A stretch of DNA of 64,000 bases, taken from Chloroflexia bacterium. GTDB lineage: Bacteria; Chloroflexota; Chloroflexia; DTKN01. Shown piece after piece: positions 35,459-44,947 of this stretch (position 1 is the stretch's first letter; each line of letters starts with the position of its first letter). Location: positions 604 through 64,603 of the forward strand of contig DAOTVY010000020.1 in NCBI GenBank assembly GCA_034436115.1. Reading direction: 5' to 3'. The notes beneath the pieces were generated by a model. It worked only from the letters and a program-made list of their open reading frames with translations. It was not told the DNA's origin and did no database searches. A program made the position numbers and the translations under genes.

Positions 35459-36392
35459 ACATTCCCTCCGCAAGCGCCTGCCGCGCCAGCCTCTCCAGGC
35501 GTTCCCGCCTTTCCTGCCACAGCGGATCTTGGGTCTCCAGGAGCACCGGGGCGCGAGAACCGGTTCCCAGTCGTACACGCAACGGTTCGGCACTTTCGGG
35601 TATCGTCACTTCGGCTTCGACCCCCATTTCCCCTACGCGAAAGCCCAGCAAGAAGAGCTCGTCTTCCCGCCACAAAGCCCGCTGGAATTCGATCAGAAAG
35701 GGCAGCCTTTTCCTGCGGGCCAGCCGACGCTGCGCGCGCGGCGATACCACCAGCCTCTGATCGAAGAGCGCCGTCACCCGGGCCTCCACCCGCGCCGCCA
35801 CCTGCTCGATGGTACCGGTGCCATCCACCGGCTGGATCGCCTCCTGTGGCTGCATGCGCTTGATCGCACGGTGATAATTCAGGCGAACCTGTTCCAGCGC
35901 CTCCCTCCGCTCGAAGAGTTCCTGCCGTTCCCCCTGCCGGTTTCCGATCCGTTCGAGACAGGTCGACACCGGCACGCGGAGAAAAACGGTCAGGTCCGGG
36001 AACAAGGCCAGGCGGTTGATTTGGTATACCCACGAGAAGGGCGGGTCGAGCGTCTGGTAGGCGAGGGAGGAGAGATAGTAGCGGTCGCACACCACCCAGG
36101 TGCCTTCACGAAGGCGAGTCAGAACCCCTTCCGGGCCGTAGAGGTGATCCAGGCGGTCGGCGGCAAAGAGGAGCGCCAGCGCCCGCAGGTCCGTGGCGAT
36201 CTCCCCTTGGAGCACCTTTCGGATCAAACGACCGGCCGGCCGGTCCGTGGGTTCGGCCGTCACCCAGACCGGAACCCGGCGCGCCAGCCATTCCCCCACT
36301 CGGCGCGTCTGCGTCGTGGTACCGGCACCGTCCAGCCCCTCGATCACGATCAGCCTGCCAGGTCCGGGGTTCGGACGCACGATCACCTCCAC
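35451..36392 (-). CDS. tmk: Thymidylate kinase with ~100-aa C-terminal extension of unknown function
   Basis: N-terminal IVIEGLDGAGTTTQ (P-loop) and dTMP-kinase blocks (AEPTDRPAGRLIR, LLFAADRLDH, VVCDRYYLSSLAYQ); 313 aa, whereas about 210 aa is typical. Confidence 0.7.
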   Translation of the reverse strand: MEVIVRPNPGPGRLIVIEGLDGAGTTTQTRRVGEWLARRVPVWVTAEPTDRPAGRLIRKVLQGEIATDLRALALLFAADRLDHLYGPEGVLTRLREGTWVVCDRYYLSSLAYQTLDPPFSWVYQINRLALFPDLTVFLRVPVSTCLERIGNRQGERQELFERREALEQVRLNYHRAIKRMQPQEAIQPVDGTGTIEQVAARVEARVTALFDQRLVVSPRAQRRLARRKRLPFLIEFQRALWREDELFLLGFRVGEMGVEAEVTIPESAEPLRVRLGTGSRAPVLLETQDPLWQERRERLERLARQALAEGMYA

Positions 36393-36414
36393 GGGCCCGA
36401 GGTGCCCCCAAGCC

Positions 36415-38097
36415 TTACCCTGAAAGAGGCTCGGCCAGCGCTTCTTCGGCCGCCCGGAGTACCTCTCCCCGGTGCACCAGTTCGGTCAATACCTCGATAT
36501 CCGGCTGGAGGAATCGATCCCGTTCCAGGAAAGGCACGTGGGAGCGAATCAGCCGGTACACGGCAGCGGTCCCCCGGCCCAGGGCGGGCGGCCCCTGCTC
36601 CGGGCCCAACAGGTCCACCGCCTGGGCAGCGCACAGGAGCTCGATGGCAACCACGTACTCTACGTTCCGAACCACCCGGCGGGCGTGCAGGGCCGCGTTG
36701 GCGCTCATGCTGACATGGTCCTCCTGATCCTCGCAGGTCGGGATGGAATCGACGCTATCCGGGTGGGCCAGGGTCTTGTTCTCGGACACAAGGGCTGCCG
36801 CAATGTACTGAGGGATCATCAATCCCGTGTTCAGCCCGCTTTCCCGGACCAGCATCGGAGGAAGCCCATCGCTCAGCTGCCGCGTGAGGAGCCGGAAGAT
36901 GCGTCGCTCGGCGATGCTGCCTACCTCGGCGATCGCAATCGCCAAAATATCCGCAGCCAGGGCAACCGGCTCCCCGTGGAAGTTGCCGCCCGAAAGGGCC
37001 TTGTTCTCCCGCTCCAGCTCGGGGAAGAGGAGCGGGTTGTCCGTCACCGCGTTCAGCTCCCGCTCCAACACCTGGCTCACGAACTTCAGGACGTCGGCTA
37101 CCGCGCCCAGCACCTGCGGGGCACAACGGAGGGAATAGGCGTCCTGCACCCGGAGAGCCGAGCCAACCAGGCGGCTTCCCTCGAGCAGCCGCCGCACCCG
37201 CGCGGCACAAGCTACCTGCCCAGGCTGGTTGCGCAGATGGTGGATTCGGTCGTCGTAGGCATCGGCCGCCGCCCGCAACGCCTCCAGAGAAAGGGCCAGC
37301 GCGATCTCGGACTGGAGCAGCAGCTGCTGCGCGTCGCAGAGCGCCAGCGCGGCGATCGCGGTGGAAACCGCGGTGCCGTTGTTCAATGCCAGACCTTCCT
37401 TGGCCCCCAAGACCACGCGCGAGAGGCCGGCCCGTCGCATGGCTTCCGCGCCGCTCACGCGCTCGCCGCGGTAGATGGCTTCACCGCTAGGTTCCTCCGA
37501 ACCCTCCGGATCCCGCGCGAGCACCAGCACCAGGTGCGAAAGGGGCGCCAGGTCCCCGCTCGCGCCCAGCGAACCCATCGCCGGAATCACCGGGTGCACT
37601 CCCCGGTTCAGCATCTCGAGAAGCGTCTCCAACGTTTCCAGCCGGATCCCGGAGTATCCCCGGGCCAGGGTGTTGGCACGGATGAGCATCGCCGCCCGCA
37701 CCACTTCCTCCGGCAGCGGATCGCCGACCCCACAGGCGTGGCTCACGATCAGGTTGTAGGACAGGCGATCGGCATGGTCCGCCGGGACCGACACGTTGGC
37801 CAGAGAGCCAAACCCGGTGTTCAGCCCGTACACCAACGGTTCCCCACGGCCGGCCACTTCGTCTACCCAGGCGCGACAGCGCCGGACTGCCCGCCGTGCC
37901 CCCTCCGCGAGGGCCACCGGGCGGCCGAAACGCGAGACCGCAACCAAGTCCTCCAACGTCAGGTGCTCGCCGTCGAGCAGAAGCGGGGCTTCGGAACGCT
38001 CCAGAGCCAAATTCGTACCTCCTCGTAGCGGATCGGCCCGCAGGAAAAGGCCTGGAACTATTCTACTATACCTGACGGGTGGCCGCAAACCGGGCAC
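36415..38097 (-). CDS. hutH: Histidine/aromatic amino acid ammonia-lyase (MIO-dependent)
   Basis: MIO-forming ASG triad in GSLGASGDLAPLSHL, and GLNTGFGSLANV; 560 aa. The histidine/phenylalanine/tyrosine specificity is not resolved. Confidence 0.75.
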   Translation of the reverse strand: MPGLRPPVRYSRIVPGLFLRADPLRGGTNLALERSEAPLLLDGEHLTLEDLVAVSRFGRPVALAEGARRAVRRCRAWVDEVAGRGEPLVYGLNTGFGSLANVSVPADHADRLSYNLIVSHACGVGDPLPEEVVRAAMLIRANTLARGYSGIRLETLETLLEMLNRGVHPVIPAMGSLGASGDLAPLSHLVLVLARDPEGSEEPSGEAIYRGERVSGAEAMRRAGLSRVVLGAKEGLALNNGTAVSTAIAALALCDAQQLLLQSEIALALSLEALRAAADAYDDRIHHLRNQPGQVACAARVRRLLEGSRLVGSALRVQDAYSLRCAPQVLGAVADVLKFVSQVLERELNAVTDNPLLFPELERENKALSGGNFHGEPVALAADILAIAIAEVGSIAERRIFRLLTRQLSDGLPPMLVRESGLNTGLMIPQYIAAALVSENKTLAHPDSVDSIPTCEDQEDHVSMSANAALHARRVVRNVEYVVAIELLCAAQAVDLLGPEQGPPALGRGTAAVYRLIRSHVPFLERDRFLQPDIEVLTELVHRGEVLRAAEEALAEPLSG

Positions 38098-38208
38098 CCC
38101 GGGTACAGCCTGAAATCCCGGGGCTCAGCCCGGTTTGACAGGGAGCGGAATCGGCTACATCATGGCGGAGAAATGCCTGGGCTAGCTGGCTCGGCAAGGA
38201 GGTAAAGC

Positions 38209-38619
38209 ATGGCGCGAACCTTCCGTTTGCTGGCCGTTCTCGGGCTGCTCTTCCTGCCCCTGGCCTGCGGCTCCGCACCAACCCTATCCTACACCGTCGG
38301 GCCGTGCCAGGAAAGCGCCTGGTCGCCGAGCATGCAGAACCGTGTGGAGGTCTTCGCACGCGGTTCGGACCTCTACCTTGAGCAGGACGTGGCCTATGTG
38401 TGTTGCGCCCGAATCGCGCTGCGCCTGGAATCTGAGGGCAACTTGCTGAAGGTCATCGAGACCAACGAGGGAGAGGTCTGCCGCTGTATGTGCGCCTACC
38501 ATGTGAGCGCTCGGGTGAGCGGCCTTGCCCGGGGAAGATACCGGGTGCAGGTATGGGGCATCCAGTACCAAGACATCCACCCGCTCGAACTGTTGGGAGA
38601 AGAGACCGTCGATCTCTAG
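38209..38619 (+). CDS. Small Cys-rich secreted lipoprotein, function unknown
   Basis: Signal peptide plus lipobox LPLACGS; 8 Cys in 136 aa. Confidence 0.5.
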   Translation: MARTFRLLAVLGLLFLPLACGSAPTLSYTVGPCQESAWSPSMQNRVEVFARGSDLYLEQDVAYVCCARIALRLESEGNLLKVIETNEGEVCRCMCAYHVSARVSGLARGRYRVQVWGIQYQDIHPLELLGEETVDL

Positions 38620-38689
38620 CCTGGCTTGACAGGAGCCCCTCGTCCGTGTATCGTTCCCGGCGCGAAAACATTGCCCCGAAAGGAGGCAC

Positions 38690-39778
38690 ATGGCCAGACG
38701 TGTCGCCTTCCCGCCGTTGGGCGTCCTGAGCCTGGTGGCAGAAAAGTATCTCCAGGTCCTCGGGACAGAAGTGGTTTCCACTCCCCCGGTGTCCCGGCGC
38801 ACCCTGGACATCGGAATCCAGCACACGCCCGAGATGCTCTGCATCCCGTGCAAGCTTCTGTTCGGGAGCTACCTCGAGGCTGCGGAACGCGGTGCGACCG
38901 AGCTGGTGATGCTCGGGGGTGCCGGCACCTGCCGCCTGGGCTACTCGGCGCTTCAACACGCCCGACAGCTGCGGGCACTTGGGTTCGACGTCCGGGTCCA
39001 CACCCTGGACCTCTACCACGTGCACCGGGATCTGCTCCGACTGACGCGTGCCTTCAGCGGGGGCCGGCCACTGCGCGAGCTGTTGACGCCTATCCGGTTC
39101 CTGTTGGGCCTGCTGGAACTGACCGACGCCATCGAAACGGAGACCCTCCGGCTGCGGCCCCGGGAATGTGTGCCCGGGGCGACGGATGCTGCCCGTGTCA
39201 GGGCGCTTGAGCAAGTCGCCCGGTTGCAGAACTACAGGGAATTGAAGGCGGAACAGGATGCGATCCTCGATCTCCTGCGCCGGGTAGAACACGAACCGGA
39301 CCGACCGGTGCTCCGGATCGGGCTGGTTGGAGATGTCTATACGATCCTCACCCCGTTCCTCAACCACAACCTGGAGCGGGAACTCGCCCGAATGAACGTA
39401 GAGGTGCGGCGGTGGTTCCACTATACCGGGCGTATCGTCCCGCCGCTGCCCGCCTGGTTGCGGCGAGACCGGAGAGCGCGGGCGCGGCTGGCCGGGAAGC
39501 GCTACCTGAAGCGGGATGTCGGCGGGTTCGCCCGTTCGGCGGTGGGGGAAGCAGCCCTTATGGCGCAAGAAGGGGAAGTCGACGGCTTGATCCACGTGGC
39601 GCCCTTCAACTGTACCCCGGAGCTGGTGGCCCAGAGCGCGCTGGTGGCGCTCCATCGCGACCGTGGCATGCCGGTGCTGAACCTGCTGTTCGACGAGCAG
39701 ACAGGCCGGGCAGGTGTATTGACCCGCCTGGAGGCGTTTGTGGACATGCTCTGGACAGCGCGTAGGGCGAGGGGGTGA
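38690..39778 (+). CDS. DUF2229-like protein (acyl-CoA dehydratase activase-associated family), paralog A
   Basis: 362 aa; shares conserved blocks with the downstream paralog (LDxGIQxTPExLCxPCKLLFG; GLVGDVYTILTPFLNHNLERELARMNVEV; GLIHVAPFNCTPE...RLEAFVDML). Confidence 0.55.
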   Translation: MARRVAFPPLGVLSLVAEKYLQVLGTEVVSTPPVSRRTLDIGIQHTPEMLCIPCKLLFGSYLEAAERGATELVMLGGAGTCRLGYSALQHARQLRALGFDVRVHTLDLYHVHRDLLRLTRAFSGGRPLRELLTPIRFLLGLLELTDAIETETLRLRPRECVPGATDAARVRALEQVARLQNYRELKAEQDAILDLLRRVEHEPDRPVLRIGLVGDVYTILTPFLNHNLERELARMNVEVRRWFHYTGRIVPPLPAWLRRDRRARARLAGKRYLKRDVGGFARSAVGEAALMAQEGEVDGLIHVAPFNCTPELVAQSALVALHRDRGMPVLNLLFDEQTGRAGVLTRLEAFVDMLWTARRARG

Positions 39779-39781
39779 ACC

Positions 39782-40735
39782 ATGCGCGTGGGTGTTCCTC
39801 GAGCGCTGGCCTTCTTCCGCTTCCACCCCGGGTGGGACGGCTTCCTGCGCTCCCTGGGGATCGAGGTGGTGGTCTCGCCGCCCAGCAACCGCTCTATCCT
39901 GGAAGCCGGGTTGCCCTACACGGTCCCGGAGGCCTGCCTCCCCCTCAAGCTCTTCTTCGGCCATGTGCGGGCACTGGTGGGAAAGGTGGACGCGCTCCTT
40001 GTCCCTTCCATCCAGCGCTTTGCCGCGGGTTCCACGAACTGCGCCAAACTGATCGGATTGCCGGACCTGCTGCAAGCCACGATGGAGGACTTGCCGCCGC
40101 TGATCGCCCCGGACATCGACCTGAGCGCGGGCTCTGCTGGCCTGTGGAAAGCGGCGTTCGAGGTGGGGAAGGTGTTGGGCCGCAATCCCATCCAGCTCCG
40201 CGAAGCGGCCCAGGCCGGGTGGGCCGCCTATCTGCGTGCCCGCGCGGCGATGCTCGAGGGCAGCCTGACCCCTGCGGCCTTTGACCAGCCCATCCGTGCG
40301 CCCTCGCCTCCCCCGGGCGGTCCTACCGTGGCTGTCGTAGGACACCCATACAACCTCTACGATCCCTTTGTCAACCACAACCTGCTGGCCCGTTTGACGC
40401 GACTGGGCGTGGATGTGCTGACCCCCGAACGGCTGGGCCCCTGGCCATCGGCCGAGTATTGGACCTTCGAGTACGAACTGGTCGGGGCCACCCGGTTGGC
40501 GATGGAGCGGGAACAGGTGGAAGGACTGATCGCCGTCGCTGCTTTCGGCTGCGGGCCCGACGGGGTGATCCTGGAGGAAGTGCGTTCCCTGGCGGGGCAG
40601 GCTGGCCTTCCGGCGATGGTGCTCACGGTCGACGAGCATAGCGGCGAGGCTGGCTGGGTCACGCGCGTCGAGGCCTTTGTGGATATGCTCCTTTGGCGCC
40701 GGCGAGGCGAGCATGTCCGGGCATCGGAGGGATGA
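39782..40735 (+). CDS. DUF2229-like protein, paralog B
   Basis: AVVGHPYNLYDPFVNHNLLARLTRLGVDVL; LIAVAAFGCGPDGV...RVEAFVDMLL; start 4 nt after the upstream stop. Confidence 0.55.
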   Translation: MRVGVPRALAFFRFHPGWDGFLRSLGIEVVVSPPSNRSILEAGLPYTVPEACLPLKLFFGHVRALVGKVDALLVPSIQRFAAGSTNCAKLIGLPDLLQATMEDLPPLIAPDIDLSAGSAGLWKAAFEVGKVLGRNPIQLREAAQAGWAAYLRARAAMLEGSLTPAAFDQPIRAPSPPPGGPTVAVVGHPYNLYDPFVNHNLLARLTRLGVDVLTPERLGPWPSAEYWTFEYELVGATRLAMEREQVEGLIAVAAFGCGPDGVILEEVRSLAGQAGLPAMVLTVDEHSGEAGWVTRVEAFVDMLLWRRRGEHVRASEG

Positions 40736-40738
40736 AGC

Positions 40739-41695
40739 GTGGGCAAAAAGATCTACCTGGGCATCGACGTAGGCTCGGTAACGACCAAGATCGTCGCTAT
40801 GGACGAGGCAGGAACTCTGGTGAGCTCGCTCTACCGGCGGACGGCCGGCCGCCCGATCGAGACCATCCAGGAGGGATTGCGTTGGCTGCAGGGGCACCTT
40901 CCGCCCCAGGTGGAAGTGGCCGGTGTGGGGACGACCGGAAGCGGCCGCCAGTTGTGCGGCGTGATCGTCGGCGCCGACGTCGTGAAGAACGAGATCACCG
41001 CCCATGCGGTGGCCGCCTTGCACTGTGTTCCCAACGTTCGCACGGTCATCGACATCGGGGGACAGGACTCCAAACTGATCGTGCTCGAGAACGGGGTCGT
41101 GGTCGATTTCGCGATGAACTCGGTCTGTGCCGCCGGCACCGGCTCCTTCCTGGAGCAACAGGCGAACCGGCTGGGCATCACGCTGCAGGAGCTTGGGCAG
41201 CGGGCCTTGCGCTCGCACCACCCGGTGCGGATCGCCGGGCGCTGCACGGTCTTTGCGGAATCGGACATGATCCACAAGCAGCAGATGGGCTTCCCTCTAG
41301 ATGACATCCTCTATGGGTTGTGCCAGGCCCTGGTGCGCAACTACCTGAACAACCTGGCCCTTGGCAAGACACTCCACCCACCGGTCGTGTTCCAGGGAGG
41401 AGTGGCTGCGAATGTCGGGGTGGTCCGCGCCTTTCAGGAAGCGCTGGGAACCGAGGTGATCGTACCCCAACACCACGAGGTCATGGGTGCAATCGGGGCC
41501 GCCCTGCTGGCACGGGAGTGGGTGGACGGCCGGCCTACCCGCTTTCGCGGGTTCGACGCAGCCTGGAGCGACTATCGCGCCTCTTCCTTCGAATGCCGTG
41601 CCTGCCCGAACCGTTGTGAGATCGTACAGATCCAGATGGGCGGGGAGATCGTTGCCCGCTGGGGCGGCCGCTGCGAGCGGTGGGACGTGAGCTGA
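40739..41695 (+). CDS. BadF/BadG/BcrA/BcrD (HgdC-like) ATPase, a CoA-substrate-specific enzyme activase homolog
   Basis: N-terminal YLGIDVGSVTTKIVAMDE (actin-fold ATPase), FAMNSVCAAGTGSFLE, C-terminal Cys motifs CRACPNRC. Confidence 0.7.
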   Translation: MGKKIYLGIDVGSVTTKIVAMDEAGTLVSSLYRRTAGRPIETIQEGLRWLQGHLPPQVEVAGVGTTGSGRQLCGVIVGADVVKNEITAHAVAALHCVPNVRTVIDIGGQDSKLIVLENGVVVDFAMNSVCAAGTGSFLEQQANRLGITLQELGQRALRSHHPVRIAGRCTVFAESDMIHKQQMGFPLDDILYGLCQALVRNYLNNLALGKTLHPPVVFQGGVAANVGVVRAFQEALGTEVIVPQHHEVMGAIGAALLAREWVDGRPTRFRGFDAAWSDYRASSFECRACPNRCEIVQIQMGGEIVARWGGRCERWDVS

Positions 41696-41721
41696 GGTAG
41701 GTTGGGGATAGAACCTGTCCG

Positions 41722-42528
41722 CTATTGCGCCCCGTCCGCAGAAAGGTCGCCGGAGGCGCGGCAAAGCCGCTGGCCCGCGCGCATGGCGAGGGGATCTCCT
41801 GGGCAGGGCGCGGCAGCGAACGCGCATCCCCCCAACAACGGGCAGCCCTCGCAGCGCGGCACCCGCTTGCGGCAGCGTTCTTTCCCGTGCCGCACGATGA
41901 GGGCATGGTACTCGTTGAACATAGCCGCATCGGGCGGGAGGTGCGCCATAAAGAGGGCGCGGAGCGCCTGGTAACTCGCCTTTTCTTGTGCAAGCCCAAG
42001 CCGCGCCAAGAGCCGCGCGGTATAGCCATCGACGACGAAAGTCGGCTGTCCTGCCCCGTACAGCAGGATGCTATCTGCCGTCTCCGGACCGATGCCAGGC
42101 ACCGCAAGCAGTTCGTTGCGCAACGTTTTCAGATCGCCAATCGCAAGCCTTTGCGGGTCCCCTGCGTGCACGCGAAACAGGTAGTCGAGGAAAGCGCGCA
42201 AGCGAACCGCCTTCACCCGGTAGGTCCCCGCCGGACGGAGGCGCTCTGTCAGTTCTTCCACCGGAAGTGTGTACAGCGCCCCCGGGGAAAGAAGCCCTTC
42301 GGTTTTCAGCCGCTCGAGCGCGCGCTCCACGTTGCGCCAGGAGGTGTTCTGGGCCAGGATGGCACCGACCATCACCTCGAACGGGGTCTCCCCGGGCCAC
42401 CAGCCCTGAGGGCCGTAGGCGTCCAACAGCTGCCGGTAGATCTCCAGAAGGCGTTCCCCGACTTCCACCGCCTCACCTCCGGCGCCGCACCCAGAACCAA
42501 AGCGCCAGGAGCAGAAGGAGCATCCCAC
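41722..42528 (-). CDS. Endonuclease III-like HhH-GPD DNA glycosylase-family protein with C-terminal Cys cluster
   Basis: LAVPGIGPETADSILLY (HhH-GPD motif) and C-terminal CEGCPLLGGCAFAAAPC. Confidence 0.6.
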   Translation of the reverse strand: MGCSFCSWRFGSGCGAGGEAVEVGERLLEIYRQLLDAYGPQGWWPGETPFEVMVGAILAQNTSWRNVERALERLKTEGLLSPGALYTLPVEELTERLRPAGTYRVKAVRLRAFLDYLFRVHAGDPQRLAIGDLKTLRNELLAVPGIGPETADSILLYGAGQPTFVVDGYTARLLARLGLAQEKASYQALRALFMAHLPPDAAMFNEYHALIVRHGKERCRKRVPRCEGCPLLGGCAFAAAPCPGDPLAMRAGQRLCRASGDLSADGAQ

Positions 42529-43267
42529 CGAATGCCCAGGCCTCGGGTGAAACCCTTAAAGATCCGCTGGCCTCGGTCGTGCTTGGAGGAGGGAAGGGAT
42601 AGGCAGCCGTTGCCGATGCCGATGCAGAGGGCAGAGGCGAAGGAGTCGCTGTCGCGGGGAGGATCGTACGGGCCGGCACCGGGCTCGCCAGGGCAGGCGT
42701 AATCGAAGGCAAGGGACTAGGGGCAGACGAGGGGGTGGGAGTGGGGGAAGGAGACGGCGCGGTTGTGGCGGGAACGTCCGCCCCGGCCCGCGCCAGGATC
42801 TCCTCCCAACCGCCGATGGCAGGAGGCGTCCGTCCATCTCCCCAAACCCAGCCGTCGATATCCCCATCCCGCAGCCACCGGTCGCCCGCCCCGACCGGCG
42901 AATAAAGCCAGCGGCCGTCGCTCCACTGGAAGTAGCTCCAGTAATGGCAGGGTGTCCCCCGACAGGCGCAGAAGCATTCCTGGGGCGTCGGAGGACACCC
43001 TACCCCTTCGATCGCGCACAGCGCCGTGCCCGTGCCAAAGCCTGGAAGCAGGGCCACCTCAAGCCCGGAGCGCTCCAGGAGATCGACCCCACGGATCGAC
43101 TCTTCGGCGAATTCGACCAGACGCACGAGCACCCGGCCATCCCCGAAGTCGACCACCAGCGCCGCCCGATGGGGCGCCTGAGCACGCAGCGGCCCCGGAA
43201 ACGCGAGTCCTGCCAGGCCCAGGAACAGGAGCACGATCGTCCACCGGATGCGCTTCTGTAGGGCCAC
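42473..43267 (-). CDS. Secreted, C-terminally membrane-anchored protein with ~150-aa globular domain and a Pro/Ser/Thr-rich linker; proposed corrinoid-binding partner (transcobalamin beta-domain/DUF4430-like?)
   Basis: Signal peptide MALQKRIRWTIVLLFLGLAGLA; PSPSPTPTPSSAPSPLP linker; C-terminal hydrophobic anchor followed by RRRR; lies in the riboswitch-controlled operon. Confidence 0.45.
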   Translation of the reverse strand: MALQKRIRWTIVLLFLGLAGLAFPGPLRAQAPHRAALVVDFGDGRVLVRLVEFAEESIRGVDLLERSGLEVALLPGFGTGTALCAIEGVGCPPTPQECFCACRGTPCHYWSYFQWSDGRWLYSPVGAGDRWLRDGDIDGWVWGDGRTPPAIGGWEEILARAGADVPATTAPSPSPTPTPSSAPSPLPSITPALASPVPARTILPATATPSPLPSASASATAAYPFPPPSTTEASGSLRVSPEAWAFGGMLLLLLALWFWVRRRR

Positions 43268-43281
43268 CGATCCCCCCGCGG

Positions 43282-43824
43282 CTAGTACTCGATCCCCGCC
43301 CGCGCAGGCACTCCGGCGGCATAGGGGTGCCGGATCTCCCGCATCTCGGTCACCAGGTCGGCCCGTTCGAGCAATTCCTGCGGCGCGCGCCGGCCGGTAA
43401 GGATCAACTCGACCCCCTGCGGCCGCTCATCCAATAGCGCCAGGACCTCTTCCAGCGAGAGCAGCCCGAAGTAGACGGCCACACAGACCTCGTCCAGCAC
43501 CACGATGTCATACTGCCCGCTGTGGAGAGCCTCCCGCGCCCGTGCCAGGCCGTCGTGGGCACAGCGGATGTCTTCGGGGGTGGCGCGCTCGACGTGGACG
43601 AAGGAAGGCCGCCCGTACTGTTCGATCGTCAAATACGGTGCGAGCCGCCGCGCCGCCTCCAACTCCCCGTAGGGGAGGCCCTTCATGAACTGGCCGATGT
43701 AGGTGTACAGGCCGTGGCCGGCCGCGCGCAACGCCAACCCCAGGGCGGCGGTCGTCTTGCCCTTACCGTCCCCGGTGTACACCTGCACAAGCCCACGACG
43801 CTTCGTCTCCTTGCTTTCGGACAC
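43282..43824 (-). CDS. cobO: Cob(I)yrinic acid a,c-diamide / cob(I)alamin adenosyltransferase (CobO/BtuR type)
   Basis: GLVQVYTGDGKGKTTAALGLALRAAGHG P-loop and DEV...YGLL blocks typical of CobA/CobO. Confidence 0.8.
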   Translation of the reverse strand: MSESKETKRRGLVQVYTGDGKGKTTAALGLALRAAGHGLYTYIGQFMKGLPYGELEAARRLAPYLTIEQYGRPSFVHVERATPEDIRCAHDGLARAREALHSGQYDIVVLDEVCVAVYFGLLSLEEVLALLDERPQGVELILTGRRAPQELLERADLVTEMREIRHPYAAGVPARAGIEY

Positions 43825-43848
43825 GGGACCCTCCAGTGCCGGGCCGGG

Positions 43849-44931
43849 TCAATGGCGCGTGCGGGCGTACCAACGCAAGGCCAGACCTAGCAAGACGGCT
43901 ACACCGCCCCCGACCCATGCGGGCATCGCCGATCCTCGTTCGGGCAAGCCGGTCTTGGGAAGGAGTGCCGGCGCCGAAACGACCGTGCGGGCGAGCGGGA
44001 ACGGTCGCAACATGAGCGCGACAATCGCCTGATAGGTAGCCAGCGCGTTTTCACCCGGGACGGCCGCTTGCCACTGCAGGGCCCCGCTGGGCAATTGCAG
44101 GCTCAGGAGCGCGCTCAGCGGCGTCTTCCCCTGCCGGGTCCAGGCCGGCCCTTCGGGGTCCTCCCCGGCCGCGACCAGCGCCTGGACGACGTAGGCGGTG
44201 GAGTTGGCGTCGGTGTCCGTACCCCACGGGCTGGGCTTCTGATAGGGGAAGCCTCCGTCGTCGTTCTGCTGCGTATGGAGATAGGCGAGGGCGCGCTGGA
44301 TGGAGGCGTCCCCCGACGGCACGCCGGCCTCCACGAGCGCCTGGATGGCCAGCGCGGTGGAATTCGTGTCCGCGCTGCCAGGCGAAGCGTCCCCGCTCCA
44401 GGACCAGCCTCCCTCCGGGGTCTGCGCCTGGCGAAGCCAGACGATCGCCGCTTCGGGAATCGGCCGTCCTACGGACGCCAGCGCCAGCAGTGCGAAGGCG
44501 TGGCCGGCCAGATCGCTTCCGTAACGCCCGGTTGCCGGATCATAGGCCTGTTCCAGGGCAGCGATCAGATCTACTCCGCCAAACGCCCGTGGGTCCTTGC
44601 CGGCGCAGACCGCTGCCAGGATGGTCTTGCCCGCGCTGCCCGCGTTTTTGGCCATCTCGGACGCGTGTGCGCCGAGGAAGGAGATCGGGGACTGTCCATC
44701 CCGAAGGAATCCGTTCGGGTCGCCGCCTACAGCGCAAATCGCAAAGACGGCATCCGCCGTGGATCCGGCCCCGAATCCGGGGAAACTTCCGTCCGGGAGT
44801 TGCTGGGTTGCCACCCAGGCCAGGGCGCCCAGCGCCGCATCTCGGTAGGGGCCGGCCGCCCCTGCGATGCCCGCCGGGGCGATCGCGGCCACCAGGAGCA
44901 CCGCAACAAGGAGAACACGATGGGTGCGCAT
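43849..44931 (-). CDS. Secreted prenyltransferase/squalene-oxidase-repeat (alpha-alpha toroid) protein with C-terminal TM anchor; first gene downstream of the cobalamin riboswitch
   Basis: Signal peptide MRTHRVLLVAVLLVAAIAPAGIAG; repeated QxxDGG[WF] motifs (TQQLPDGSFPG, RQAQTPEGGWSW, HTQQNDDGGFPY); C-terminal hydrophobic helix. Start at the ATG 8 nt after AGGAGG (the ORF track over-extends to 45015). Confidence 0.65.
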   Translation of the reverse strand: MRTHRVLLVAVLLVAAIAPAGIAGAAGPYRDAALGALAWVATQQLPDGSFPGFGAGSTADAVFAICAVGGDPNGFLRDGQSPISFLGAHASEMAKNAGSAGKTILAAVCAGKDPRAFGGVDLIAALEQAYDPATGRYGSDLAGHAFALLALASVGRPIPEAAIVWLRQAQTPEGGWSWSGDASPGSADTNSTALAIQALVEAGVPSGDASIQRALAYLHTQQNDDGGFPYQKPSPWGTDTDANSTAYVVQALVAAGEDPEGPAWTRQGKTPLSALLSLQLPSGALQWQAAVPGENALATYQAIVALMLRPFPLARTVVSAPALLPKTGLPERGSAMPAWVGGGVAVLLGLALRWYARTRH

Positions 44932-44947
44932 GCGGGATCCTCCTGTT

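Noticed and set aside
38453-41275. 940-aa minus-strand ORF
   Set aside because: Antisense to the three conserved, translationally coupled DUF2229-like/BadF-type genes; its translation is Arg/Gly/Pro-rich with no recognisable motif.
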